IMG/VR virus record: IMGVR_UViG_3300010885_066780
Source: an uncultured virus (IMG/VR IMGVR_UViG_3300010885_066780)
Lineage: Duplodnaviria > Heunggongvirae > Uroviricota > Caudoviricetes
Reading direction: 5' to 3' (one strand)
Length of the DNA: 64,000 nt
The translations under genes and the position numbers were made by a program. A model generated the notes under the pieces. That model was not told the DNA's origin and searched no databases. It saw only the letters and a program-made list of their open reading frames with translations. Below, piece by piece: positions 53,094-59,769 of this stretch (positions are counted from its first letter, which is position 1; each line of letters starts with the position of its first letter).

Positions 53094-53170
53094 TGGTAAG
53101 CCCTTTGGGATTTGAACCCAAAACCTACCTTCGTAGAGTCGGTCGCTCTGACCAGTTGAGCTAAGGGCTT
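53094..53170 (-). tRNA. tRNA of undetermined identity (CTA in canonical register, ACG in shifted register)
   Basis: Canonical acceptor, D and T arms; anticodon arm ACCGACTCTACGAAGGT is imperfect. Confidence 0.7.
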
Positions 53171-53183
53171 ATATTATAAAAGT

Positions 53184-53270
53184 TGGAGAACCAGGTCAGA
53201 ATCGAACTGACTAGGAGATTCCTCTCGACGAATTAAGAGTTCGTTGGACCGACCATTGTCCATCTGGTTC
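53184..53270 (-). tRNA. tRNA-Lys(CTT) with a long variable arm
   Basis: ACGAA-CTCTTAA-TTCGT, GAGA-GGAA-TCTC V arm, CCA. Confidence 0.85.
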
Positions 53271-53278
53271 ATATGTAG

Positions 53279-53358
53279 TGGCCCCACCCCGCTGAATTGA
53301 ACAGCGTCCTCGAGTTTTTCAGACTCATGTGCTTACCATGTGAATACACCTGAGTGGG
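53279..53358 (-). tRNA. tRNA-Phe(GAA)
   Basis: TGAGT-CTGAAAA-ACTCG, enlarged D loop, CCA. Confidence 0.8.
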
Positions 53359-53367
53359 AAATTTGAA

Positions 53368-53444
53368 TGGTACGTTCGGAGGGATTTGAACCCCCAACCA
53401 ACAGTTTCTAAAACTGCGCTCTCTGCCAATTGGAGTACGAACGC
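53368..53444 (-). tRNA. tRNA-Leu(TAG) with a short variable loop
   Basis: GCAGT-TTTAGAA-ACTGT, 5-nt V loop, A-CCA. Confidence 0.85.
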
Positions 53445-53453
53445 ATGTAGAAT

Positions 53454-53532
53454 TGGGTGCGTCGGTGGGAAATGCTCAACCACGATCTCCGGCATATGAA
53501 ACCGGCGAGATAGACTTCTTCTCTACTACGCA
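53454..53532 (-). tRNA. tRNA-Met(CAT), initiator-like, irregular T arm
   Basis: CCGGT-TTCATAT-GCCGG; 5' end overlaps the GIY-YIG stop codon. Confidence 0.7.
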
Positions 53533-54071
53533 TCATTATTCTTTAGTTTGGTTTCTGATATCTTTTTTCTAATTTCATCAGGAACTACTTTACCGGTTAA
53601 GGCTTTTGCTATTTTTCCTTTAGTTTCTATAGAATGTTTTTTACCGAGACGAGATTGTCTAATCTTTTCTATGGTTTCTGGAGAATGCTTTCGTGATTTA
53701 TACTTAATTCTAGTTTCATCTGTTATGATTCTATCCGAACTTGCATATGCAATCTTTTTCTTAGTAGAATTTGAATGACGCTTCCCCTTAAAGTGTGGAC
53801 CGCCTTCGCCGCCTATACCAAGATTATATGTATCTGTTCTACTGACAAATTCTTCAGTTATTAGTTCTTTTTCTTTGGAATTCATCTCTTCTTCTGTATC
53901 AAAGATGAATAAAACCTCTTTAGAAAATTTTTCTTTACCATATTTCTTAATGGCATCTCTTAAATGCTTTCCAGATCCTAAATAGGAATCATTTGGATCT
54001 TTGGTTTGATGTTTTCCAATATAGATTTTACCATTGATTAGGTTCTTGGTCTGATATATCGTATAGTACAT
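53526..54071 (-). CDS. GIY-YIG homing endonuclease (Seg-like, NUMOD3 repeats)
   Basis: YTIY...NLINGKIYIGKH, YLGSG, YN...GG.G, HS.ET..KI repeats. Confidence 0.9.
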   Translation of the reverse strand: MYYTIYQTKNLINGKIYIGKHQTKDPNDSYLGSGKHLRDAIKKYGKEKFSKEVLFIFDTEEEMNSKEKELITEEFVSRTDTYNLGIGGEGGPHFKGKRHSNSTKKKIAYASSDRIITDETRIKYKSRKHSPETIEKIRQSRLGKKHSIETKGKIAKALTGKVVPDEIRKKISETKLKNNDA

Positions 54072-54150
54072 TTTATTACTCCTATATACGGAGTATTTAT
54101 AATATCAGAAACCAGTTACTAACCATCTTGTCCTTCCTGCTATAAAAATT

Positions 54151-54236
54151 TGGTCCATCACCTTGGATCCGCCCCAAGTATGCCCGAAGGCGCTCGATTT
54201 ACAGTCGAGTCCAGTCTCTCATGCCGGTCGTGATGG
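54151..54236 (-). tRNA. tRNA-Tyr(GTA)
   Basis: CTCGA-CTGTAAA-TCGAG, V arm GCC-TTCG-GGC, C1:G72, T-loop GGCGGAT. Confidence 0.85.
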
Positions 54237-54276
54237 ATAATAATAAATAATCAGTATTGCATTTTTAGGAAAACAC

Positions 54277-54618
54277 ATGAGCTCAACTGAAATGAGAAAA
54301 TATATTCAACTATTAGAGAATATAGAACTTGAAGAAAAATGGAGTGCCAAATATAAACGGAGTATTGATTGCACTCACCCCAAAGGTTTCAGTCAAAGAG
54401 CACATTGCGCCAGTAAAAAACAACAGAACGAAAGCACTGATGAAATGCAAATGACATGCCCAGATTGTGGTATGTGTGAAACACATGGCAACCTCAATGA
54501 GATCAAAAAAGGTCAAAAAGATGCAAATGGAGTGACCAAATGCTGGTCAGGTTATCATGCACAAGGAACCAAACCAGGTAAAAATGGAGGTCGAGTACGC
54601 AACTGTGTGCCTGATTGA
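54277..54618 (+). CDS. hypothetical protein (MSSTEMRK N-terminus, Cys motifs)
   Basis: EKWS.KYKRSIDC..PKGFSQRAHC and CW.GY...NCV modules. Confidence 0.65.
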   Translation: MSSTEMRKYIQLLENIELEEKWSAKYKRSIDCTHPKGFSQRAHCASKKQQNESTDEMQMTCPDCGMCETHGNLNEIKKGQKDANGVTKCWSGYHAQGTKPGKNGGRVRNCVPD

Positions 54619-54641
54619 TTTTTATAAGTTATTGAAATGAT

Positions 54642-54718
54642 TGGGAGAACCAGCGGGAATTGAACCCTGCATCCCTTGATTGAAAGTCAAGAATCTTCTG
54701 CCATTAGACGATGGTTCC
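54642..54718 (-). tRNA. tRNA-Glu(TTC)
   Basis: CTTGA-CTTTCAA-TCAAG, TTCAATT, CCA. Confidence 0.85.
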
Positions 54719-54757
54719 ATAAAGTGTTGGATGATGTAATTTAGTTGCTATAAAAGA

Positions 54758-55207
54758 TTAAGACTCTGCACCAAATTTCTTACGAAGACGTTCGAACTCT
54801 TTTCGATCCCGTTCTTCTTGCGCTTTGTCTCGTGCATATTTTTCTCGAGCCTGCTCTTCTAGCTTGATCTCTGTAATTTGCTTGAGACGTTGTTCTTCAA
54901 TCGGATGCCAGTCAATTCCTAGATAGGATTGAGGAAAGGTCACTGTGATTGAATCTTCAACTCGAGACCAATAAAAATACACACTTACGACAGGAGTTCC
55001 TACACCCCAATCAGGTCCTTCTTCACCTTCATGATAAGGGCTATGATAATCAAAAAGACGATAGCGTTCAAATCCATATTGAGAGCTTAAAGATTGTTGT
55101 TCTCGCATTGAATAGATTTTACGAGCCATCTTGTTCAGCTTGTCCTCTACTTGCTCTGTAGCTTGTTCAGCTTCACGAATCTGATCAAGTGTTAGGTAAT
55201 CATTCAT
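54758..55207 (-). CDS. hypothetical protein, same paralog family as 44113 and 44869
   Basis: ERDRKEFERLRKKFG tail; AAGGA RBS; TTGACA promoter upstream. Confidence 0.6.
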   Translation of the reverse strand: MNDYLTLDQIREAEQATEQVEDKLNKMARKIYSMREQQSLSSQYGFERYRLFDYHSPYHEGEEGPDWGVGTPVVSVYFYWSRVEDSITVTFPQSYLGIDWHPIEEQRLKQITEIKLEEQAREKYARDKAQEERDRKEFERLRKKFGAES

Positions 55208-55289
55208 TGAGTTTTCCTTTTCAATTTTGGTATTACTCATAAGCATAATACCACATAATATTATATTGTCAAGAAGAATCATAAAATAT

Positions 55290-55364
55290 TGGATGATCCC
55301 CTAGGCCACGATCCTAGATATCCAAAGCCAAAATTTGGCGACTTACCAATTAGTCGAGGGATCA
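55290..55364 (-). tRNA. tRNA-Gln(TTG)
   Basis: U1-A72, CCAAA-TTTTGGC-TTTGG, T-loop ATCGTGG. Confidence 0.8.
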
Positions 55365-55410
55365 ATAATTTCTGTTCGATGTTTTTTTGATATAAAAATT
55401 TATATGACTG

Positions 55411-55680
55411 CTACCAATACGTAAATTTAAAAATGTAAATTTTATAAAATTTTATTACCTTTTTTCTATTTTCTGATTTAGTTAGGTATTGTAAGTTTGA
55501 AATAGAATGCAACCCTCCTTTGGATATAGGGATAATATGATCGACCTCATATCCTTCGGGACAAGCTTCATAAAATTTTTTAATTGCTGAAAGATCTTCG
55601 TCATGTGGAGTATTATATTTCTTTTTGGCATTATATCTCGCCCATGCTTCTCGTTTGATACCTCGCGTGTGTTCTTTTGA
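55411..55680 (-). pseudogene. HNH endonuclease C-terminal fragment
   Basis: CP.GYEVDHIIP.SKGGLH...NLQYLT..EN; sequence upstream of about 55680 is the antisense of another gene. Confidence 0.7.
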
Positions 55681-55886
55681 TACCTTGGGTAGATTCCAAT
55701 AATAAAAATAGAAAATATTTTCCGGATTTTTACCTACCAAAATATGATCTTTATTTAGATCCAAAAAATGATTACCAAATAAAGATTGGTCAAGAAAAGT
55801 TAGATTGTGTTTCAAACAAAATTCATCTAATTTATGGTCGAGTTGAATATATTCAACAATATATTTTGAATATCATGACCAGTTAA
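55677..55886 (+). pseudogene. PD-(D/E)xK nuclease C-terminal fragment
   Basis: IPW.D....RKYFPDFYLP.YD.YLDPKN. Confidence 0.7.
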
Positions 55887-55921
55887 ACTGCCCGGCAACA
55901 ATTTATAGCATATAATAAAAA

Positions 55922-58234
55922 CTAATCAGGATATAGTGCAGCCAAAGCTTCAGCACTGTCTGCACGAGTATTACCGGTGCCTATATCCAGGTGTGCTTGA
56001 CAATATGCTCGTATCTCATGTCCAGGGATACGAGAGATTGCACTGGGTGGTATGGGGTTGGTGCTATACACAGGATGAAAACGTTGCATGTCTAAAGCTG
56101 GGTCATCAAACACTGTCCAATCTTTTGGCAAGCTTATGCGCCAAATGTCGGTGGGTTCCCTATAAGGTCTAGACCACGTTGCCCATTCACATACATCTTC
56201 AAATCGCCTAAACATATAAACCCCAGGTATTCTTTGACGTTGAGTATATTTTTTGATCATGACCAACAGTCCCAATCTCTCAATGTTATGCCTAGATTCA
56301 GATGGACTCATATGATAGAAAGTTTGAGAACCTGTTTGTTCATTCAATATAAATTCATAAGCTCTCATACTGTTATTTATGGTCTGGGTGGGAAGTTTTG
56401 CAATTCCAGCCTCTTGCAAGCCTAACACGTTAATTTCAAACTGTCTTTCAATCCATTTCTTTGCATCGTTTTCTTTTTCATATAAACTACTTTTTATATA
56501 ATATCCGTCACGCCCATCAGGATAAATTGCCGCAATCCAGCCTGCGGTTTGCTTTTTGATATATCCAATGTATCTTTTAGAATTAGCAACATTGGAATAT
56601 TTCATGCTTACATCATAACTAACGTTGCCATCGCTTGAAGTGGATTTTACATATATAAAATCAACGTTGTGTTTTTTACTAAAATTAAACATTTCGTCCA
56701 GTGGTTCACCCATGTCATTTACTGAGCTACGCATATGTGATTGCCATTCTGGAACATGATCAATTGCACTAACGACAAATTCCATTACAGCAGCGACCGC
56801 ATCTGGATTATCACCAAAGAATTCTTCTAAATCACGGTAACCAATATCATGTACCAACTTTTCCAGTGTTCTAGCATCAACGCTTGGGTTGTTTCTCATC
56901 CACAGATCTATTGAATTGCCAGCTGTATTTGATTCTGAAACATTAATTCTTTTTTCATGATCGCCATTATAGCTGGGTTGACGAGTATTGTCCAGGTATT
57001 CTTTTTTAACCCAGTTGATAGCAGCCTGTGAAGTTTTAAAACCGCGTTGGGATTTTTTGGTTGTATTGGAATAAGCAGACCAAGTTTCTCCGTTTGTGGA
57101 TTTTTGTACTATTCCAACTTGTTTGCCACCGTCACTAATGATTGCTTCTTGACCTTTTTTTGTCCAATGAGCTTTGGGTTCTACTACATTTTCCATCAAT
57201 GATTTGTTGGGATCAGCTGCTGCGGTTTTGACAGCATCGGAAATTTCTCGGGTACTAGCATTTGGCATTACTACTCGAATGGCTGCTGTGACTGCTGCTT
57301 GATCTCGGTGTCCCAATTCTTTTTCATCATAGATGGTTTCAAACATTTGAGTAATTTTGGCCAGATCGTCAGGATGTAAATCATACCCACGATGTTTTTT
57401 TAGCATGCCAATTGCTCGTTCCACGAATTGTTCTTTGGATATTGGTGTTTCATCACTTTCATCCAAGTCTTCTGGTCCTCGATAAGTCCACATTTTTTTC
57501 AAAATATTAATACCAAAAATTGCAACACCGACTGCTCCTAATAGATCAACTAGTGTAGAAAATTCAGTGTCTGATTCAGTTACTTTTCCCCAGCCTGTTT
57601 TTGCACGAATAGCAAAAGTCACTTCTTGTTGTTTGGTGTATTCTTCAGAACCTTTTTTATGGGGTCCTGATGCCTTCAACTTTTTTAATTCTGCTTTTAA
57701 AGCAGCTACTGTTTTACCAGCAAACATACCTTTTTTCTTTTTTGGAGTCTTCATTTTAGAAACCCATTTTTCCATGAGATTGCTATTTGCTGCTAAACGA
57801 GCTTCTTTTTCAGTTGCATATCCTTCATGACCTTGTATGATTACATGCCCATTACGAGATTTATACCAAAACCACATTCCATCAGAATCTTGATATACTT
57901 TGACTTCTGTTTGATCAGTATTGTTTATGGGATCGTCCCAGGTTTCCATGACTTGGTCATGAGTTGATTTGGGAGTTTTAGAGTTGATGGCTGCTTGAAT
58001 TTTTTCTATTTTTAATTCAATGGCTTTTATAGCTGCATCGGGTTTTTTAGTCCCTTTTGCATAACGCAATTTACGGCGTTCTTCTTCCAACTGTTCTTCG
58101 AGTGCATCCAATGACAAACCAGAATAGGGATTGGTATCATTTGAATCTTCTTGAATCGAAGCTGATTCAGTCAATGTTGTTTTTTCAATTGAATTAAATT
58201 GATCTAGTAAATTTCTTATGTCTTTGGCACTCAT
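55922..58234 (-). CDS. modular polyprotein-like protein (probable head-packaged) with a C-terminal ART-like domain
   Basis: MSAKDIRNLL N-terminus, modules separated by (L/I/V)xE, last module FYH.S.....I...GL...GVY.F. Confidence 0.65.
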   Translation of the reverse strand: MSAKDIRNLLDQFNSIEKTTLTESASIQEDSNDTNPYSGLSLDALEEQLEEERRKLRYAKGTKKPDAAIKAIELKIEKIQAAINSKTPKSTHDQVMETWDDPINNTDQTEVKVYQDSDGMWFWYKSRNGHVIIQGHEGYATEKEARLAANSNLMEKWVSKMKTPKKKKGMFAGKTVAALKAELKKLKASGPHKKGSEEYTKQQEVTFAIRAKTGWGKVTESDTEFSTLVDLLGAVGVAIFGINILKKMWTYRGPEDLDESDETPISKEQFVERAIGMLKKHRGYDLHPDDLAKITQMFETIYDEKELGHRDQAAVTAAIRVVMPNASTREISDAVKTAAADPNKSLMENVVEPKAHWTKKGQEAIISDGGKQVGIVQKSTNGETWSAYSNTTKKSQRGFKTSQAAINWVKKEYLDNTRQPSYNGDHEKRINVSESNTAGNSIDLWMRNNPSVDARTLEKLVHDIGYRDLEEFFGDNPDAVAAVMEFVVSAIDHVPEWQSHMRSSVNDMGEPLDEMFNFSKKHNVDFIYVKSTSSDGNVSYDVSMKYSNVANSKRYIGYIKKQTAGWIAAIYPDGRDGYYIKSSLYEKENDAKKWIERQFEINVLGLQEAGIAKLPTQTINNSMRAYEFILNEQTGSQTFYHMSPSESRHNIERLGLLVMIKKYTQRQRIPGVYMFRRFEDVCEWATWSRPYREPTDIWRISLPKDWTVFDDPALDMQRFHPVYSTNPIPPSAISRIPGHEIRAYCQAHLDIGTGNTRADSAEALAALYPD

Positions 58235-58279
58235 AGCAAATCCTTTTATTATCCACTATTTATACCAAAATATAAAAAT

Positions 58280-58372
58280 AGCCACAGCCCCCACGCCCGC
58301 CTGACTACTGACCTTTTCCTAATTGTTCATGCCCCTCGAGTGGAGGTCAATTGTACCTAGAAGGCCTTACCG
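58280..58372 (-). ncRNA. putative structured ncRNA
   Basis: GC-rich non-coding tract directly after tRNA-Trp with nested pairings GGCCTT/AAGGTC, AATTG/CAATT, CCTC/GAGG. Confidence 0.4.
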
Positions 58373-58379
58373 AATTATT

Positions 58380-58453
58380 TGGCCACCGCACCTGGAATCA
58401 AACCAAGATCATCTGTTTTGGAGACAGAGGCCCTATCATTGGACGATACGGTA
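58380..58453 (-). tRNA. tRNA-Trp(CCA)
   Basis: TCTGT-CTCCAAA-ACAGA, G73, CCA. Confidence 0.85.
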
Positions 58454-58472
58454 GCATAAAATATTTCTAAAC

Positions 58473-58646
58473 GCAGGAGTTGTTAATTCCCACTATCGCT
58501 ATCACCGGCCTTGGCCAGTAATAGTTGCGCCTTTTTCCTACCCAATTGTAACTCAACAATTCACATTGCCCAATTGGGAATCCATCCGCTATGCCGGTAA
58601 CATTTCGCTTTGTCTGCAGGCTGGTTACTCGCCTTTTTAGTCCTGT
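58473..58646 (-). ncRNA. putative about 175-nt multi-stem ncRNA
   Basis: Closing stem CAGGA/TCCTG; hairpins GTAAC/GTTAC, CCCAATTG/CAATTGGG, CTATTACTGGC/GCCGGTGATAG. Confidence 0.5.
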
Positions 58647-58705
58647 TAAATTCTATCTATCCACCACTATTCATATTTCTACCTTGCTCCTATGTTTCAG
58701 GTAAT

Positions 58706-58732
58706 AAAAAACCCCGGATTTTTGATCCGAGG
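58706..58732 (-). terminator. intrinsic terminator (attenuator) upstream of the tRNA/ncRNA array
   Basis: CCTCGGAT-CAAAA-ATCCGGGG-TTTTTT. Confidence 0.8.
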
Positions 58733-58787
58733 CCTGTAAAATTTGATTTTTGAAGTTTCAGCTTCTTATTTCAAATTTTGGGGCCTC
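58729..58787 (-). promoter_or_regulatory. putative antiterminator hairpin
   Basis: GAGGCC-CC-AAAATTTGA pairs with TCAAATTTT-ACA-GGCCTC and sequesters the CCTC of the terminator 5' arm. Confidence 0.65.
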
Positions 58788-58899
58788 CAGAACCACGCTC
58801 AAAATTGGGTTGATTTGAGCCAAACTGACGCACGCTTGGGCTGGTCACGGACCAATCCAGATAGGCGAGTTCAAATTTTGGTTTCATAATCAGTGTCAT
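58771..58899 (-). CDS. putative 42-aa leader peptide
   Basis: MTLIMKPKFELAYLDWSVTSPSVRQFGSNQPNFERGSGGPKI*; AAAGGA 12 nt upstream; stop codon lies inside the antiterminator 5' arm. Confidence 0.6.
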   Translation of the reverse strand: MTLIMKPKFELAYLDWSVTSPSVRQFGSNQPNFERGSGGPKI

Positions 58900-58929
58900 T
58901 GAAGTTTCAGTTCCTTTGTTTGTTCGATC

Positions 58930-58965
58930 TATTTATGCCTGTTCTTGAATTCAAAGTCAAGAACA
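58930..58965 (-). promoter_or_regulatory. promoter of the leader/tRNA array (ATAAATA late motif plus TTGACT -35-like hexamer, 9-bp inverted repeat)
   Basis: ATAAATA at 58930-58936; tgttcttga-N8-tcaagaaca at 58940-58965. Confidence 0.5.
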
Positions 58966-59048
58966 AAAATTATTTTTCTAAATTTTTCTAATCTTCGAAA
59001 AATCTACTACTATTTATACCACCAGTTCAGTTGAGTGTCAACCGATCA

Positions 59049-59294
59049 TTAAATATGATATGCAATATCTTCCCAATCATCTTGGGACATGCTGAGATAA
59101 TCCATTTCGGTATACCCAAGCCTGTCAATTCCGTTTCCGCAGCCAACATAGTTCCCATCTTGATCAACTCCGGAATAACCATAGCTATCATATCCTTCGG
59201 AATCATAATCAGCCATATGTTGCTTAGACATATAGGCCACGTTCAACGCTCCGTTGTTTGTGTTCGTATCAATACAATAACAGGTACAAGGCAT
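59049..59294 (-). CDS. small acidic hypothetical protein with GYD repeats
   Basis: YDSEGYDSYGY, GIDRLGY. Confidence 0.55.
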   Translation of the reverse strand: MPCTCYCIDTNTNNGALNVAYMSKQHMADYDSEGYDSYGYSGVDQDGNYVGCGNGIDRLGYTEMDYLSMSQDDWEDIAYHI

Positions 59295-59313
59295 TTGTCA
59301 ACTATATTCTGTA

Positions 59314-59769
59314 CTATTTGTTCTTTTGCAGGCTCACCAGTTCCAGATAAAAGTGGAAATACTTTTCCATGCGGGCCATGTCCTTGGGAGTCACACCCTT
59401 GAGTCTAGTGATCTGAGTGTTATGGTTCAAATCAGACATCTTTACCAGCACTGCATCTGGGTTGCCTTTGACCTTGTCCTTATATTCTTCATAGGATTCA
59501 CCAGGCACTTTGGTCATGCAACGAATGCCATCAATGATTCGATCTGTGAAACCAAGTTCTCTGAGTTGGTTGTAAGTCACATCACAATCTTCAACAATGT
59601 CATGACCCAGGGCGATGCATTGCAGTTCTTCATCGTCCGACTTGAGTCCATACATCACAGACAGAGCGTGCAGAATGTAGGGGTTGCCGCCCTTGTCAAA
59701 CTGACCAGCATGAGAGTTGGTAGCCAGTACCAACATCTTGTTTAGGAGTTCGCCCTTTTTGAAAGTCAT
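59314..59769 (-). CDS. HD-domain hydrolase (small alarmone hydrolase/Mesh1-like)
   Basis: H.GQ.DK.G.PYILH, ALGHD.VED, VK..D..HN. Confidence 0.85.
   Translation of the reverse strand: MTFKKGELLNKMLVLATNSHAGQFDKGGNPYILHALSVMYGLKSDDEELQCIALGHDIVEDCDVTYNQLRELGFTDRIIDGIRCMTKVPGESYEEYKDKVKGNPDAVLVKMSDLNHNTQITRLKGVTPKDMARMEKYFHFYLELVSLQKNK

Noticed and set aside
58473..58646. RNase P RNA, group I intron core or 6S RNA
   Set aside because: No GAGGAAAGUCC, no P7-type GACUA/UAGUC pair, and not a single long hairpin.
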